Assembly: GCA_963741205.1 (NCBI GenBank)
Contig: CAVUHW010000013.1
Span: 32,001 to 96,000, forward strand
DNA length: 64,000 nucleotides
Source: Nitrospirota bacterium
GTDB lineage: Bacteria; Nitrospirota; UBA9217
Direction of reading: 5' to 3'
The notes under the pieces: generated by a model
Seen by the model: only the letters and a program-made list of their open reading frames with translations
What the model was told of the DNA's origin: nothing
Database searches by the model: none
In this document: piece by piece, positions 43,665 to 62,684 of the stretch
Numbering within the stretch: position 1 is the stretch's first letter
How the letters are laid out: each line of letters begins with the position of its first letter
Position numbers and translations under genes: made by a program

Positions 43665-43736
43665 GTCATACCCTCGTGCCTCTCCGGGGCGGACGACGGA
43701 GAATTTTTTCAAGGCCCCATAATCCAATCTTTTTGC

Positions 43737-43766
43737 TTGACAATATTGTCCTCAATATCATATAAT
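43737..43766 (+). promoter_or_regulatory. Sigma-70 promoter of tRNA-tuf operon
   Basis: TTGACA-N18-TATAAT. Confidence 0.8.
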
Positions 43767-43869
43767 TACAATTCTTTGGCGCGGCAGTCATAAGTGTATG
43801 ATATTACGTGATAAGCAAATGGGCTTGTCATCACGGGACAAAGCGGCGCGGTGTGTCCAGAGATTTCTT

Positions 43870-43945
43870 GCCACCGTAACTCAGTTGGTAGAGTAGCTGA
43901 TTTGTAATCAGCCTGTCGGGGGTTCGAGTCCCTTCGGTGGCTCCA
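43870..43945 (+). tRNA. tRNA-Thr(TGT)
   Basis: Cloverleaf, GCTGA-TTTGTAA-TCAGC anticodon arm, GTTCGAG, CCA. Confidence 0.96.
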
Positions 43946-44030
43946 TTTTCCCAGTTCCGAGGATTTGAGTTTCAGCGCAAGATGATCGTGATTCCGTGGT
44001 AGAAACAATCTGCAAAGCGAGGCGGTTCCC

Positions 44031-44116
44031 GGGGAGGTGCCCGAGTGGCCAAAGGGAACAGACTGTAAATCTGTCGGCGTCAGCCTACGGAGGTTCGAAA
44101 CCTCCCCTCCCCACCA
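44031..44116 (+). tRNA. tRNA-Tyr(GTA)
   Basis: ACAGA-CTGTAAA-TCTGT, long variable arm, CCA. Confidence 0.96.
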
Positions 44117-44187
44117 GTTGTGAATTGCAGATCGGCGATTGCGGATTGCAAATTGAAATATTTAATCCTCAATCCGCAATCCGAAAT
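44117..44187. repeat. Heptamer inverted-repeat element between tRNA-Tyr and tRNA-Gly
   Basis: ATTGCAG-ATCGGCG-ATTGCGG-ATTGCAA left; AATCCTC-AATCCGC-AATCCGA right. Confidence 0.75.
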
Positions 44188-44192
44188 AGCAT

Positions 44193-44269
44193 GCGGGAAT
44201 AGCTCAGCTGGCTAGAGCGCAAGCCTTCCAAGCTTGGGGTCGCGGGTTCGAATCCCGTTTCCCGCTCCA
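44193..44269 (+). tRNA. tRNA-Gly(TCC)
   Basis: CAAGC-CTTCCAA-GCTTG, CCA. Confidence 0.96.
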
Positions 44270-44320
44270 TAAACCGTTCAAAAGGTTTGAACGGATCAAA
44301 CCGTTGAAACCGTTTCAGCC

Positions 44321-44396
44321 GCCCATGTAGCTCAGTTGGTAGAGCACATCCTTGGTAAGGATGAGGTCAGCGGTTCAATCCCGCTCATGGGCTCCA
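44321..44396 (+). tRNA. tRNA-Thr(GGT)
   Basis: CATCC-TTGGTAA-GGATG, CCA. Confidence 0.96.
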
Positions 44397-44455
44397 TGAG
44401 AAACTGCAGGACAGGATGCAAGAGTAATTTCACTTTCCAACAGGAGGCGGACAGC

Positions 44456-45656
<1,201 letters not shown>

Positions 45657-45660
45657 TTTC

Positions 45661-45730
45661 ATTGCGAATTTCAGATTGCGGATTTCGGATTTTTTTTCAT
45701 TCCGCATATCCGCAATCCGCATTCCGAAAT
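45661..45730. repeat. Heptamer inverted-repeat element after tuf
   Basis: ATTGCGA-ATTTCAG-ATTGCGG-ATTTCGG left; ATTCCGC-ATATCCGC-AATCCGC-ATTCCGA right. Confidence 0.8.
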
Positions 45731-45753
45731 CAATATAGAGTGAGGCCATACAA

Positions 45754-45906
45754 ATGCGGGAAATCGTGCTTCTCGCTTGCGGCGAGTGCAAGCGAAAAAA
45801 CTATTCAACGACCAAGAACAAAAGAAACACGCCGGACAAGCTGAACCTGGACAAATATTGCCGGTTCTGCCGCAAACACACAGTGCACAAGGAGACAAAG
45901 GCGTAG
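45754..45906 (+). CDS. rpmG: 50S ribosomal protein L33 (Zn-binding form)
   Basis: Hand translation [50 protein letters not shown]. Confidence 0.96.
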   Translation: MREIVLLACGECKRKNYSTTKNKRNTPDKLNLDKYCRFCRKHTVHKETKA

Positions 45907-45940
45907 TCAGGCAGTGAATGGCGATGCGGGGTTAGGACAC

Positions 45941-46016
45941 AGGCCAGTAGCTCTAATGGTAGAGCTCCGGACTCCAAATCCGGCTGCTGGGGGTTCGAGT
46001 CCCTCCTGGCCTGCCA
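45941..46016 (+). tRNA. tRNA-Trp(CCA)
   Basis: CCGGA-CTCCAAA-TCCGG, CCA end; canonical position before secE. Confidence 0.96.
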
Positions 46017-46051
46017 TTTTTTCGGAATCCTGTGCGGAGAGAGGCTTGGAT

Positions 46052-46237
46052 ATGTTCAAAAGGCTGATGGAATTTCTCCAAGAGGTAAAGCTGGAGCTCA
46101 AGAAAGTTGTGTTTCCGACGAAAAAGGAGGTCATAGGTTCTACCTGGGTGGTGATTATCACCGTGCTGATATGCGCCTTTTTTCTGGGGCTGGTAGATTT
46201 GGGGTTGGGAAGATTGATGACCCTTGCCTTTAAGTAA
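46052..46237 (+). CDS. secE: Preprotein translocase subunit SecE
   Basis: FLQEVKLELKKVVFPT plus TM helix. Confidence 0.95.
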   Translation: MFKRLMEFLQEVKLELKKVVFPTKKEVIGSTWVVIITVLICAFFLGLVDLGLGRLMTLAFK

Positions 46238-46245
46238 AGACCATT

Positions 46246-46791
46246 ATGCCGATGAACTGGTATGTAGTCCATACGTATGCAGGATTTGAGAATAAGGTGA
46301 AAGCCAGCATTCTGGAGACGGTATCCAAGCTCGGACTGCAGGAAAAAATCGGCCAGGTTCTCGTTCCGACCGAAGAGGTCTTGTCCATCAAGGCGGGGAA
46401 AAAACGCAAGTCGCAGCGGAAATTTTTCCCCGGCTATATCCTCATCGAGATGGAGATGGACGACGACTCCTGGCATATCATCAAGGAAACGCCCAAGGTG
46501 ACCGGCTTCGTCGGCGGCAGCACGAACCCGACGCCGCTCTCCGAGGACGAGGTGAAAACAATCCTCAAGCAGGCCGAGGAAGGGGCGGTTGCCCCCACCC
46601 AGCCCTTGCATGCTTACCAGAAGGGGGACCGGGTCAGGGTGATCGACGGTCCGTTCAGCAGTTTTATCGGCACCGTTGAAGACGTCAATCCCGCGCACGG
46701 CAGGCTCCGGGTCATGGTGAGCATCTTCGGACGTTCGACTCCGGTCGAGCTGGAGTTCCTTCAGGTTGAACGGGAAAAAGAAACCAAATAA
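46246..46791 (+). CDS. nusG: Transcription termination/antitermination factor NusG
   Basis: [29 protein letters not shown]. Confidence 0.97.
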   Translation: MPMNWYVVHTYAGFENKVKASILETVSKLGLQEKIGQVLVPTEEVLSIKAGKKRKSQRKFFPGYILIEMEMDDDSWHIIKETPKVTGFVGGSTNPTPLSEDEVKTILKQAEEGAVAPTQPLHAYQKGDRVRVIDGPFSSFIGTVEDVNPAHGRLRVMVSIFGRSTPVELEFLQVEREKETK

Positions 46792-46852
46792 AAAATTAGG
46801 ATTCAAGATGTAACATTCAAAGCGGTTTTAATAAACATACAGGAGCATAGAG

Positions 46853-47278
46853 ATGGCAAAAGAAATTACAGCAAAAATCAAGCTTCAGGTGCCGGCGGGC
46901 AAGGCCAATCCGGCCCCCCCGGTAGGCCCCGCGCTCGGCCAGCACGGCGTGAATATCATGGAGTTCTGCAAGACCTTCAATGCCAGGACCCAGAAGCTGG
47001 GCGATACCATCGTCCCCGTCATAATTTCGGTGTACTCGGACCGGTCGTTTACGTTTATCACCAAGACGCCGCCGGCCGCGGAACTCCTGAAAAAGGCTGC
47101 GGGGATCGTTAAAGGCTCCGGCGTGCCGAACAAGGACAAAGTCGGCAAGGTGACCCGCGCGCAGATCAAGGAGATCGCCCAGACAAAGCTTCCGGACCTT
47201 AATGCCGCGACCGTCGAATCGGCCATGCGCATGATCGAGGGCTCGGCCAAGAGCATGGGGCTGGAAATTGTCGATTAA
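46853..47278 (+). CDS. rplK: 50S ribosomal protein L11
   Basis: [12 protein letters not shown]. Confidence 0.98.
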   Translation: MAKEITAKIKLQVPAGKANPAPPVGPALGQHGVNIMEFCKTFNARTQKLGDTIVPVIISVYSDRSFTFITKTPPAAELLKKAAGIVKGSGVPNKDKVGKVTRAQIKEIAQTKLPDLNAATVESAMRMIEGSAKSMGLEIVD

Positions 47279-47362
47279 CGACATTCTGCGAATGTCGAAT
47301 TGAAAAGGGAAGTTGGAAATTTCGTAATTTACAATCTTGCAATTTCCGAGTATGAGTTTACA

Positions 47363-47394
47363 TGCGGGAGGCTGACAACAGCCGCTACTACCGC
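47363..47394 (+). promoter_or_regulatory. Putative L1-binding autoregulatory leader
   Basis: GCGGGAG-GCTG..CAGC-..ACCGC hairpin abutting rplA RBS. Confidence 0.55.
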
Positions 47395-47405
47395 GAGGAG
47401 GAACC

Positions 47406-48107
47406 ATGGCAGGGAAAAAGTATAAAGCAGTGGCGGCGCTCGTGGATCCGTTAAAGCAGTACGGCGTCGAAGAGGCCATCGGACTCGCCAAGAAGACGGC
47501 CAGGACCAAGTTCGATGAGACCGTTGATCTGGCGGTTAGACTAGGCGTCGACCCCAAGCAGGCGGACCAGATGGTGCGGGGAACGGTTGTGCTCCCGCAC
47601 GGGACGGGGAAAAAGGTAAAGATCCTCGTCTTTGCCAAGGGAGAGAAGGATAAAGAAGCGCGGGATTCAGGGGCTGATTATGTTGGCGCCGAGGACCTCG
47701 CTGAAAAGATTCAGAAGGAAGGATGGACCGATTTCGATGTCGTCGTCGCTACTCCCGACATTATGGGTCTCGTGGGAAGGCTCGGCAAGGTTCTCGGCCC
47801 CCGCGGCCTGATGCCGAACCCCAAGACCGGCACCGTCACGTTTGACGTGGCCAAGGCAATCAAGGATATCCGTGCCGGAAAAGTCGAGTATCGCGTGGAA
47901 AAGGCGGGCATCGTTCATGTTCCGGTAGGCAAGGCGTCATTCGATGAAAACAAACTCATCGACAATGCCAGGGCTGTGCTGGAGTCCATTCTGAAGGCAA
48001 AGCCGTCGTCGAGCAAAGGCAAATATCTGAGGAGCGCGGCCGTCTCCACCACCATGGGACCGGGTATTAAAATAGACACGGCCCAGATCGAGAAGATCGC
48101 CGGATAA
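47406..48107 (+). CDS. rplA: 50S ribosomal protein L1
   Basis: [24 protein letters not shown]. Confidence 0.98.
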   Translation: MAGKKYKAVAALVDPLKQYGVEEAIGLAKKTARTKFDETVDLAVRLGVDPKQADQMVRGTVVLPHGTGKKVKILVFAKGEKDKEARDSGADYVGAEDLAEKIQKEGWTDFDVVVATPDIMGLVGRLGKVLGPRGLMPNPKTGTVTFDVAKAIKDIRAGKVEYRVEKAGIVHVPVGKASFDENKLIDNARAVLESILKAKPSSSKGKYLRSAAVSTTMGPGIKIDTAQIEKIAG

Positions 48108-48115
48108 TAAACAAC

Positions 48116-48180
48116 AAATTCTAAATCCGAAGCACGAAATCCTACCCGTTTTAGAATTTCGGATTTAGAAATTAGAGTTT
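48116..48180. repeat. Heptamer inverted-repeat element after rplA
   Basis: AAATTCT-AAATCCG-AAGCACG-AAATCC left; TTTTAGA-ATTTCGG-ATTTAGA-AATTAGA right. Confidence 0.75.
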
Positions 48181-48214
48181 GCAGCAAAAAAGGTCGGTCC
48201 CCGCCAGGGGATGC

Positions 48215-48295
48215 GGTCCGAGACAGCGGGCACCGAGGGGGAAAACAGCGAATTACCCTTCGGTTTAATTCCGGAAACGGAGCCTGCCGAGACCC
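48215..48295 (+). promoter_or_regulatory. L10 leader RNA
   Basis: CCGAGACAGCGGG...TTAA...CCTGCCGAGA kink-turn pattern upstream of rplJ. Confidence 0.75.
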
Positions 48296-48379
48296 GGGTG
48301 AAAGAAAGTTTCTTTAAGCCGCTTTCTTTCAAGATTTCCGGGACGGTCATCGGGAATTCTTGAAAGAAAGGAGGATAGC

Positions 48380-48892
48380 GTGAATAAGCAGGAAAAAAAA
48401 GAAACCATTGACGAACTGCATGAGAAGTTTGCCCGTGCCAAGACCGCGGTGATTACCGGCTATTCTGGTATCAACGTCGAACAAATCACCGAGCTCCGTT
48501 CGAAGCTGCGTAAGTCGCAGGTAGAATACCGGGTCGTAAAAAACACGTTTGCCCGGCGGGCAGTCGAAGGCACCGGCCTCGAGCCGCTCAAGGACTACTT
48601 CGTGGGGCCGGTGGGCATCGCGCTCGGTTTTGACGATGTGGTCGCGCCGGCAAAGGTGCTTTTCGAGTTCAACAAGACGCAGGGAAAGCTCCAACTGAAA
48701 GTAGGCGTGCTCGACGGAAAGCTGCTCCAGCAGGCGGACATCAAGGCGCTTGCGACCCTGCCGTCGCTTAACGCTCTCCGCGGAAAAATCATCGGGCTTC
48801 TCCAGGCGCCTGCCTCGCGGATGGTCGGCGTTCTCGCAGCGCCCGGCGGACAGATTGCCAGGGTCATGAAGGCGAAGGCGGAAAAAGGGTAA
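48380..48892 (+). CDS. rplJ: 50S ribosomal protein L10
   Basis: ELRSKLR, VVKNTF, ALATLPS. Confidence 0.96.
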   Translation: MNKQEKKETIDELHEKFARAKTAVITGYSGINVEQITELRSKLRKSQVEYRVVKNTFARRAVEGTGLEPLKDYFVGPVGIALGFDDVVAPAKVLFEFNKTQGKLQLKVGVLDGKLLQQADIKALATLPSLNALRGKIIGLLQAPASRMVGVLAAPGGQIARVMKAKAEKG

Positions 48893-48961
48893 GGCTTGCA
48901 CGGAAACATTCGGTAATATTTCACAATAAAATTATAATAATATTCCCAGGAGGAAAATATA

Positions 48962-49333
48962 ATGGCAGATTTAGCGAAAATGGTTGATGAACTGAGCGGT
49001 CTTACCGTTCTTGAAGCGGCAGAATTGAGCAAGATGCTTGAGGAGAAGTGGGGCGTGTCAGCAGCGGCACCCGTTGCCGTAGCGGCTGCTGGCGGGGCCG
49101 TAGCAGCTGCAGTTGAGGAGAAAACCGCGTTCGACGTCATCCTGGCGGCTGCAGGCGCTCAGAAGATCAACGTGATCAAGGTCGTGCGTGAACTCACCGG
49201 GCTCGGCCTCAAGGAAGCGAAGGACCTCGTGGAAGGTGCTCCCAAACCCGTGAAGACAGGGGTCTCGAAGGAAGATGCCGAGAGCATGAAAAAGAAGCTG
49301 ACTGAGGCAGGCGCAACCGTCGAGGTCAAGTAA
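48962..49333 (+). CDS. rplL: 50S ribosomal protein L7/L12
   Basis: [26 protein letters not shown]. Confidence 0.98.
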   Translation: MADLAKMVDELSGLTVLEAAELSKMLEEKWGVSAAAPVAVAAAGGAVAAAVEEKTAFDVILAAAGAQKINVIKVVRELTGLGLKEAKDLVEGAPKPVKTGVSKEDAESMKKKLTEAGATVEVK

Positions 49334-49360
49334 TCAAGCATCATCAAAGCAGGAATGGCC

Positions 49361-49405
49361 AAGTCCTTGCCCTCCGGCATTGATCCGGAGGGCAAAGGAC
49401 TTTTT
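49361..49405 (+). terminator. Intrinsic terminator/attenuator between rplL and rpoB
   Basis: AAGTCCTTGCCCTCCGG...CCGGAGGGCAAAGGACTT followed by T-run. Confidence 0.85.
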
Positions 49406-49549
49406 GCGTTTATGGATGCTGCATGCCGATTCGCTGATTCGACACGCAGATCACCGCACGGGTAAGTGTACAATGAAAAATGCACATCGGGAGTCAGTAG
49501 TCGTCTGCATTTTTCAGTCTGCATTTCAAGCCGTATGAGGGGTGCGAAT

Positions 49550-52500
49550 ATGTCAAAAGAAAAAAGAGAGCTTGTCCGCGTCAGGAAGGATTTTTCCAGG
49601 ATCCCGACGATTCTGGAGATCCCCGATCTCATCGAGATACAAAAAAAATCCTATGATCATTTTCTGCAGAAGGACGTCGCGTCCGACAAGAGAAAAGACA
49701 TGGGGCTCCAGGCGGCCTTCAAGAGCGTATATCCCATCTACGACTTCAACGAGACCGCCATGGTCGACTACCTCGGCTATTCGCTCGGCGAGCCGAAGTA
49801 CAGCATCTGGGAGTGCCTGCAGCGCGGCGCCACGTTCGCCGCGCCGCTCAAAATCAAGATGCGCCTGGTGTTCTTCGAAAAGGACGAGCAGACGGCTACC
49901 AAGCGTGTCAAGGACATCAAGGAGCAGGAGGTGTATGTTGGAGACCTCCCCCTCATGACCGAAACGGGCACGTTCATCGTGAACGGGACGGAACGCGTCG
50001 TGGTGAGCCAGCTCCACCGCTCGCCGGGGGCGTTTTTTACCCACGACAAGGGCAGGACCCATGCGAGCGGCAAAATTCTCTACTCGGCCCGCATCATACC
50101 CTACCGCGGCTCCTGGCTTGACTTCGAATTCGACGTCAAGGACATCATCTACGTGCGCATCGACCGTCGAAGGAAGATCCCCGCTACGATCCTCCTCAAG
50201 GCCTTCGGGTATTCGAACGAGGACCTGCTTCGGATGTACTACCCCATCGAAGACATCCGGCTCAAGAAGGACGGCTTCACGCGCAGCCTCCACCCCGACG
50301 TTCTGGCGGGCATGAAGGCGCCCATCACGATCACCGACAAAAATACGCGCGAGCAGATCATAAAAGAGGGCGCCAAGATCACCCGGGTGGCGATCAAGAG
50401 GATGGAGGCCGCAGGCATCACTGAAATTCCCATACCCCGGGAGGAACTGATCGATCGCATCGCACTTCGCGACGTAATCGACCCCGAGACTGGCGAGGTG
50501 CTGCTCCCCGCAAACGAAAAGATCACCGAGGCGTTCCTCACGAGGGTCGCGCAAACCAAGGTCGAGAAGATGGAAGTGATCTACATGGACGGCATCCACG
50601 TGATCGCAGCCATACGCGACACGCTCCTGTCCGACAAGGTGCAGACGTCGGACGAGGCGCTCCTCGAAATCTACCGAAAGATGCGTCCCGGAGAGCCGCC
50701 GACGATCGATATGGCGCGCAACCTTTTCAACGGGATGTTCTTCAATGCCAAACGCTACGATCTGTCGCCTGTCGGCAGGCTGAAACTGAATAAGAAACTC
50801 AAGCTCGACATACCGATCGAAAAGACCATCCTGACCGCCCAGGACACTGTAGAGGTGATCCGCTATCTGGTCAGCCTCCGGACCGGCAGGGGCGAGGTGG
50901 ACGATATCGACCATCTCGGCAACCGCCGGGTCCGCTCCGTCGGCGAACTCCTCGAAAACCAGATCCGCATCGGACTCGCCCGGATGGAACGCGCCATCAA
51001 GGAACGCATGAGTCTCCAGGATATCGACACCCTCATGCCGCATGATATCATCAACCCCAAGCCGGTGATCGCGGCCATTAAAGAGTTTTTCGGGTCGAGC
51101 CAATTATCGCAGTTCATGGACCAGACCAACCCCCTCGCGGAAATTACGCACAAGCGCCGGCTATCGGCCCTGGGGCCCGGCGGACTTACCCGGGAACGCG
51201 CGGGATTCGAGGTGCGCGATGTGCACACCACGCACTACGGCAGGATATGCCCGATCGAGACGCCGGAAGGCCCGAATATCGGTCTTATCGTCTCGCTTGC
51301 GACCTATGCCCGGGTGAACGATTACGGTTTCATCGAGGCGCCGTACCGGGAGGTCAAGGCCGCGAAGGTAACCGACAAGATCGAATATCTTTCCGCCGTA
51401 GACGGCGAGAACTACGTGGTTGCCCAGGCGAACACTCCCATAGACGGACGAGGCAGGATCGCCGTGGACAGCGTGTCGGCCCGCGTGAGCGGCGAGTTCA
51501 AACTGGTCTCGGCAGAGGAAGTGCAGTTCATGGACGTATCGCCGAAACAGATCGTCTCGGTCTCGGCGGCGCTCATTCCGTTCCTTGAGAACGACGACGC
51601 GAACCGGGCGCTCATGGGATCGAACATGCAGCGCCAGGCCGTGCCGCTGCTCCGGCCTCAGGCCCCGGTCGTCGGCACCGGTATGGAACGTGTCGCCGCT
51701 CGCGACTCGGGCGCCATCGTTTCGACCAAACGAGACGGCATCGTCGAATCGGTCGATTCAACCCGAATCACGGTGAAGGGTGAAGACGCCAAGGGCCGGA
51801 CGGTTATCGATACGTATCCGCTCATCAAGTTCTATCGCTCGAACCAGAACACCTGTATGAACCAGAAGCCGATCGTCCGCATGGGCGACAAGGTGAAAAA
51901 AGGACAGGTGATCGCCGACGGGCCGGCCACGGACCTGGGCGAACTCGCACTCGGTCAGAACGTGCTCGTGGCGTTCATGCCCTGGAGCGGCTACAACTAC
52001 GAGGACGCGATCATCATCAGCGAAAAACTGGTGAAGGAGGATCGCTACACCTCGATCCATATCGAAGAATTCGAGATCGAGGCCCGAGACACCAAACTCG
52101 GCAAGGAAGAGATCACCCGAGACATCCCGAACCTCGGCGAGGAGACCTTGAGAAACCTCGATGAGAACGGGATCATCCGCATCGGCGCGGAGGTCCTGCC
52201 CGGCGACATTCTTATCGGCAAGGTAACGCCCAAGGGCGAGACGCAGCTGACACCGGAAGAAAAACTCCTGCGGGCCATCTTCGGCGAGAAGGCCGGAGAC
52301 GTGCGGGACGCCTCTCTCTATGCACCGCCGGGCATTGAAGGAACGGTTATCGATGTCAAGGTCTTCTCGCGCAAGGGCGAGGACAAGAACGAGCGCCTCA
52401 AGACGCAGGAGAGCGAGGAAATCTCCCGGCTTCAGAAGGAATATCAGGATGAAATGCGCGCGGTCAAAGAGGATAAGTACAAGCGAATCCGAAGAATTCT

Positions 52501-53542
52501 GATCGGCAAGACGGCCAGCGATAAAGTCGTCAACTCCAAGACCGGCAAGACCGAGCTTGCCAAGGGCAAAAAGATCACCGTCGAGATACTCGACAAACTG
52601 CAGGAAAAGGACCTCGCCAAAATCAAGGTGGAGTCCGAGGACTACCCCGCCAAGCTTCAAGAGGTTTTGGACAGCGCCGAGAACCAGCTCAGCATTCTGG
52701 AGTCAATCTATGACGAGAAGATCGGGAGGCTGAAGCGCGGTGATGACCTGCCGCCCGGCGTGGTAAAGCTTGTCAAAGTCTACGTGGCCATGAAACGCAA
52801 ACTCTCCGTGGGCGATAAAATGGCCGGCAGGCACGGCAACAAGGGCGTTGTGTCCCGGATCGTCCCGGAGGAGGACATGCCTTATCTTCCCGACGGGACC
52901 CCCGTCGAGATCGTCCTGAACCCGCTCGGCGTGCCGTCCCGTATGAACGTCGGGCAGATCCTGGAGACGCACCTGGGCTGGGCCGCCAAGGCCCTGGGCC
53001 TGCACGTGGCGACCCCCGTGTTCGACGGGGCCTCGGAGGACCGGATCAAGGCGATGCTCAAGGAAGCGAAACTGCAGATCACGGGCCAGTCGCAGCTTTT
53101 CGACGGACGTACCGGAGACCCCTTTGACAAGCCGGTGACCATCGGGTACATGTACATGCTGAAGCTCCATCACCTGGTCGACGACAAGCTGCATGCCCGC
53201 TCCATCGGCCCCTATTCGCTGGTAACGCAGCAGCCCCTGGGAGGCAAGGCTCAGTTCGGCGGGCAGCGCCTGGGCGAGATGGAAGTCTGGGCGCTCCAGG
53301 CCTACGGGGCTGCATACTGTCTCCAGGAATTCCTCACGGTGAAGTCCGACGACGTGTCCGGACGAGCCAAGATCTACGAAGCGATCGTAAAGGGAGAGAA
53401 CACGCTGGAACCCGGCCTGCCCGAGTCGTTCTACGTGCTCATCAAGGAGCTCCAGAGCCTCTGTCTCGACGTCGAACTCATCGAGCGCAAGAACGAGAAG
53501 GAACGAGTGATCGGACTGGAGAAGATTTCGTCGGCAAGGTAG
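49550..53542 (+). CDS. rpoB: RNA polymerase beta subunit
   Basis: [32 protein letters not shown]. Confidence 0.99.
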   Translation: MSKEKRELVRVRKDFSRIPTILEIPDLIEIQKKSYDHFLQKDVASDKRKDMGLQAAFKSVYPIYDFNETAMVDYLGYSLGEPKYSIWECLQRGATFAAPLKIKMRLVFFEKDEQTATKRVKDIKEQEVYVGDLPLMTETGTFIVNGTERVVVSQLHRSPGAFFTHDKGRTHASGKILYSARIIPYRGSWLDFEFDVKDIIYVRIDRRRKIPATILLKAFGYSNEDLLRMYYPIEDIRLKKDGFTRSLHPDVLAGMKAPITITDKNTREQIIKEGAKITRVAIKRMEAAGITEIPIPREELIDRIALRDVIDPETGEVLLPANEKITEAFLTRVAQTKVEKMEVIYMDGIHVIAAIRDTLLSDKVQTSDEALLEIYRKMRPGEPPTIDMARNLFNGMFFNAKRYDLSPVGRLKLNKKLKLDIPIEKTILTAQDTVEVIRYLVSLRTGRGEVDDIDHLGNRRVRSVGELLENQIRIGLARMERAIKERMSLQDIDTLMPHDIINPKPVIAAIKEFFGSSQLSQFMDQTNPLAEITHKRRLSALGPGGLTRERAGFEVRDVHTTHYGRICPIETPEGPNIGLIVSLATYARVNDYGFIEAPYREVKAAKVTDKIEYLSAVDGENYVVAQANTPIDGRGRIAVDSVSARVSGEFKLVSAEEVQFMDVSPKQIVSVSAALIPFLENDDANRALMGSNMQRQAVPLLRPQAPVVGTGMERVAARDSGAIVSTKRDGIVESVDSTRITVKGEDAKGRTVIDTYPLIKFYRSNQNTCMNQKPIVRMGDKVKKGQVIADGPATDLGELALGQNVLVAFMPWSGYNYEDAIIISEKLVKEDRYTSIHIEEFEIEARDTKLGKEEITRDIPNLGEETLRNLDENGIIRIGAEVLPGDILIGKVTPKGETQLTPEEKLLRAIFGEKAGDVRDASLYAPPGIEGTVIDVKVFSRKGEDKNERLKTQESEEISRLQKEYQDEMRAVKEDKYKRIRRILIGKTASDKVVNSKTGKTELAKGKKITVEILDKLQEKDLAKIKVESEDYPAKLQEVLDSAENQLSILESIYDEKIGRLKRGDDLPPGVVKLVKVYVAMKRKLSVGDKMAGRHGNKGVVSRIVPEEDMPYLPDGTPVEIVLNPLGVPSRMNVGQILETHLGWAAKALGLHVATPVFDGASEDRIKAMLKEAKLQITGQSQLFDGRTGDPFDKPVTIGYMYMLKLHHLVDDKLHARSIGPYSLVTQQPLGGKAQFGGQRLGEMEVWALQAYGAAYCLQEFLTVKSDDVSGRAKIYEAIVKGENTLEPGLPESFYVLIKELQSLCLDVELIERKNEKERVIGLEKISSAR

Positions 53543-53590
53543 CGGGGGGAAATTATAGGTCCATAAGACCTATTTGGATTTGGGATTTAG

Positions 53591-57822
<4,232 letters not shown>

Positions 57823-57873
57823 TTATTTTCCTGTCGCGTCACGATGTTGAACGGAAAGTGAGCTAAAAAAAGC

Positions 57874-57903
57874 TTGACAAGTCCGCGCTCATATCGATAT
57901 AAT
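57874..57903 (+). promoter_or_regulatory. Sigma-70 promoter of str operon
   Basis: TTGACA-N18-TATAAT. Confidence 0.8.
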
Positions 57904-57966
57904 TACCGGGTTTTGACTCAATGTTTTTAAAAACGTACTATTTTGTTGTTTTTAAGGAGTAATCTC

Positions 57967-58338
57967 GTGCCTACCATAAGCCAACTGGTTAGAAAAGGCA
58001 GATCACTTGCCGCAAGCAAGACGAAGAGCCCGGCGCTCAAGAGTTGCCCCCAGAAGCGGGGGGTTTGCATCAGAGTGTATACCACAACCCCGAAGAAGCC
58101 GAACTCGGCACTCCGGAAAGTGGCCAGGGTGAGGCTCACGAACGGTATGGAAGTTACAACATACATCCCGGGCGTCGGGCACAACCTGCAGGAGCACTCC
58201 ATCGTCCTCATCCGCGGTGGGAGGGTGAAGGATCTTCCGGGCGTGCGGTACCACATCGTCCGGGGAACGCTGGACACCGTCGGTGTTGCAAACCGCAAGC
58301 AGGGCCGTTCTAAATATGGCGCGAAGAGGCCGAAGTAA
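57967..58338 (+). CDS. rpsL: 30S ribosomal protein S12
   Basis: GTG start [25 protein letters not shown]. Confidence 0.98.
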   Translation: MPTISQLVRKGRSLAASKTKSPALKSCPQKRGVCIRVYTTTPKKPNSALRKVARVRLTNGMEVTTYIPGVGHNLQEHSIVLIRGGRVKDLPGVRYHIVRGTLDTVGVANRKQGRSKYGAKRPK

Positions 58339-58445
58339 CTACAACAAAAGATGAGCGACGAGGGATGCGAGATGCAAAATCGTCGATCGTCCCGGGCGAG
58401 CGCAGCAAGCGGTCGATCTTCTCATAATCCTTAAGGAAGACATAT

Positions 58446-58916
58446 ATGCCGAGAAAAACAGTTATCGTAAAACGAGAGACATTACCGGATCCGAAGTACA
58501 ACAGCAAGATGCTGGCAAAGTTCGTGAATGTGCTCATGCGCAAGGGAAAGAAGAGCACGGCAGAAGCGATCTGCTATAAGGCTTTGGACCGCATTCAGGC
58601 AAAGACCAACAGCGACCCCATAGCCGTTTTCAAAAAGGCGGTGGAGAACCTGAAGCCTACTCTCGAGGTGAAGTCCCGCAGAGTGGGCGGCGCATCGTAT
58701 CAGGTCCCGATCGAGGTCAAGCAGCCGCGCAGGCTTTCGCTTGCCTATCGGTGGCTGCGTCTGTATGCATCGCAGCGCCCCGAAAAATCCATGGTGGAAA
58801 AGCTTGCCGGAGAGATCCTCGATGCATCGAATAATACGGGCGCGGCGGTAAAAAAGAAGGACGATGTGCACCGGATGGCAGAGGCCAATAAAGCCTTCGC
58901 CCATTATCGCTGGTAA
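58446..58916 (+). CDS. rpsG: 30S ribosomal protein S7
   Basis: [25 protein letters not shown]. Confidence 0.98.
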   Translation: MPRKTVIVKRETLPDPKYNSKMLAKFVNVLMRKGKKSTAEAICYKALDRIQAKTNSDPIAVFKKAVENLKPTLEVKSRRVGGASYQVPIEVKQPRRLSLAYRWLRLYASQRPEKSMVEKLAGEILDASNNTGAAVKKKDDVHRMAEANKAFAHYRW

Positions 58917-58943
58917 GGTGTTCAGGTAGAAGCGGAGGAAGTT

Positions 58944-61034
58944 GTGGCTAGGCAGTATTCACTTGAAAATACACGAAACATCGGTATTATGGCTCACATC
59001 GACGCCGGGAAAACGACGACGACCGAGCGCATTCTCTATTATACCGGTGTGTCCTATAAGATCGGCGAAGTGCACGACGGTACCGCGGTCATGGACTGGA
59101 TGGTTCAGGAGCAGGAACGCGGCATCACCATCACCTCTGCTGCGACGACCTGCTTCTGGCGGGACAAGCGAATCAATATCATCGACACTCCCGGCCACGT
59201 CGATTTTACCATCGAAGTGGAGCGCTCACTTCGCGTGCTCGACGGTGCAGTGGCGGCATTCGACTCGGTGAGCGGCGTAGAGCCCCAGTCCGAGACGGTC
59301 TGGCGTCAGGCTGACAAGTATAAAGTTCCCCGGATTGCGTTCATGAATAAGATGGATCGCATCGGCGCGGACTTTTACGTGAGCGTGCAGTCTATGATCG
59401 ACCGGCTCGGCGCGAACGCAGTGCCGATCCAGCTTCCCATTGGCGCTGAAGACAAGTTTCGCGGGTGCATTGACCTCGTGAAGATGAAGGCCGTCCTGTT
59501 CGACGACGAGACCCTCGGCGCAAAATATGTGGTTGAAGATATCCCGGCCGAACTCCTCCCCAAGGCAAAAGAGTACCGGGAGAAAATGATCGAGAAGATC
59601 GCCGACGCTGACGACGTCGTGATGGATAAGTTCCTGAACGGCGAGCAGCCGACGGAAGCTGAAATCATGACAGCGATCCGCAAAGGCACGATCGCAATGA
59701 CCATTTTCCCGGTCATCTGCGGTTCGGCATTCAAGAATAAAGGCGTACAGCTTCTCCTCGATGCGGTGGTGGACTACCTCCCGTCTCCCCTGGACATCCC
59801 TCCGGTCACCGGCATTGGACCTAAGGGAGAGGAAGTAGTTCGCACTGCCTCCGACAGCGAGCCTTTTGCAGGCATAGCGTTCAAGATCATGACCGATCCG
59901 TTTGTGGGGCAGCTCACGTTCGTCCGGGTCTATTCCGGTACGCTGACCTCCGGGTCGTACGTATACAACTCGACCAAAGGGACCAGAGAGCGTGTCGGCA
60001 GGTTGCTCAAAATGCACGCGAACAAGCGCGAAGAGATCGAGCAGATATATTCAGGCGATATTTGTGCGGCTGTCGGACTTAAGAGCACGCTCACGGGGCA
60101 TACGCTCTGTGATGAAAACAAACCCGTGATCTTGGAAGCGATGGTTTTCCCGGAACCGGTGATCTCCGTGGCCATCGAGCCCAAGACCAAGGCAGACCAG
60201 GAAAGGCTTGGCTTCTCGCTCCAGAAGCTCATGCAGGAAGACCCGTCGTTCCGCGTGATGACCGATCAGGAGACGGGGCAGGTCATCATCTCAGGCATGG
60301 GAGAGCTTCATCTGGAGATCATCGTCGACCGCCTTTTACGCGAGTTTAAGGTTGATGCGAACGTGGGTAAACCCCAGGTGGCGTACCGAGAAACGATCAA
60401 GAAGAAAGTTGTCGCAGAAGGCAAGTTCATTCGCCAATCAGGCGGACGCGGTCAATACGGCCATGTGGTTCTCGAGCTCGAGCCTCAGGAGCCAGGAAAA
60501 GGCTTCGAGTTCGTGAACAAGACCGTGGGCGGCTCGGTTCCCAAGGAATATGTGGGGCCGACCCAGAAGGGTATTGAAGAGGCCATGGAAAACGGCGTAC
60601 TCGCCGGGTATCCCGTGGTTGATATGAAAGTTACCCTCATCGACGGCTCTTATCATGATGTCGACTCCTCGGAAATGGCCTTTAAGATCGCCGGCTCCAT
60701 GGGATTCAAGGAAGGCGCTGCAAAGGCCAATCCGACATTGCTCGAACCGATCATGGCAGTCGAAGTCGTGTGCGCCGAGGAATACATGGGAGACATCATC
60801 GGCGACCTCAGCTCCCGCCGCGGCCGGGTGCAGGGCATGAACATGAGAGGGGCGGGACGGGTCATCACGGCGCAGGTGCCGCTCTCGGAGATGTTCGGTT
60901 ACGCGACGGATATCAGGTCCAAGACCCAGGGTCGTGCTACCTACACCATGCAGTTCGCCCACTATGAAGAAGTACCGAAAAACATATCAGAGCAGATAAT
61001 CGCAAAAGTAAAAGGCGAAGCTGTTAAGAAATAA
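58944..61034 (+). CDS. fusA: Elongation factor G
   Basis: [30 protein letters not shown]. Confidence 0.99.
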   Translation: MARQYSLENTRNIGIMAHIDAGKTTTTERILYYTGVSYKIGEVHDGTAVMDWMVQEQERGITITSAATTCFWRDKRINIIDTPGHVDFTIEVERSLRVLDGAVAAFDSVSGVEPQSETVWRQADKYKVPRIAFMNKMDRIGADFYVSVQSMIDRLGANAVPIQLPIGAEDKFRGCIDLVKMKAVLFDDETLGAKYVVEDIPAELLPKAKEYREKMIEKIADADDVVMDKFLNGEQPTEAEIMTAIRKGTIAMTIFPVICGSAFKNKGVQLLLDAVVDYLPSPLDIPPVTGIGPKGEEVVRTASDSEPFAGIAFKIMTDPFVGQLTFVRVYSGTLTSGSYVYNSTKGTRERVGRLLKMHANKREEIEQIYSGDICAAVGLKSTLTGHTLCDENKPVILEAMVFPEPVISVAIEPKTKADQERLGFSLQKLMQEDPSFRVMTDQETGQVIISGMGELHLEIIVDRLLREFKVDANVGKPQVAYRETIKKKVVAEGKFIRQSGGRGQYGHVVLELEPQEPGKGFEFVNKTVGGSVPKEYVGPTQKGIEEAMENGVLAGYPVVDMKVTLIDGSYHDVDSSEMAFKIAGSMGFKEGAAKANPTLLEPIMAVEVVCAEEYMGDIIGDLSSRRGRVQGMNMRGAGRVITAQVPLSEMFGYATDIRSKTQGRATYTMQFAHYEEVPKNISEQIIAKVKGEAVKK

Positions 61035-61087
61035 TAAAGTTCACCAGTTTAAATTAGATTTACACTTCCTGAGAGGAGGCGGACAGC

Positions 61088-62289
<1,202 letters not shown>

Positions 62290-62306
62290 GAGAGAAGGGA
62301 TACAAC

Positions 62307-62612
62307 GTGACACAGAAGATCAGGATACGATTAAAAGGATACGACCACAGGCTGCTGGACCAGTCCGCACTTGAGATCATGGATACGGCAAAGAGGACCG
62401 GGGCAAAGGTGTCCGGGCCGATTCCGCTTCCGACCAGGATCAATCGCTGGACCGTCTTGCGCTCTCCGCACGTGGACAAAAAATCCCGTGAGCAATTTGA
62501 GATCAGGACGCACAAACGGCTGATGGACATACTGGATCCTACCCCGCAGACAGTTGATGCGCTCATGAAGCTTGATCTGGCGGCAGGGGTTGACGTGGAA
62601 ATCAAGCTGTAG
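62307..62612 (+). CDS. rpsJ: 30S ribosomal protein S10
   Basis: GTG start [25 protein letters not shown]. Confidence 0.97.
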   Translation: MTQKIRIRLKGYDHRLLDQSALEIMDTAKRTGAKVSGPIPLPTRINRWTVLRSPHVDKKSREQFEIRTHKRLMDILDPTPQTVDALMKLDLAAGVDVEIKL

Positions 62613-62684
62613 TACTGAAACCAGACCGCGAAAGGATTGGTCGGTACGATCAGAGTATCCTTGAGTCGGATGAAGGGATAGGCA

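Noticed and set aside
44336-44455. N-terminal extensions of tuf and secE and the tuf-rpsJ fusion in the ORF track
   Set aside because: Extensions run through tRNA genes; the fusion arises from a frameshift error.
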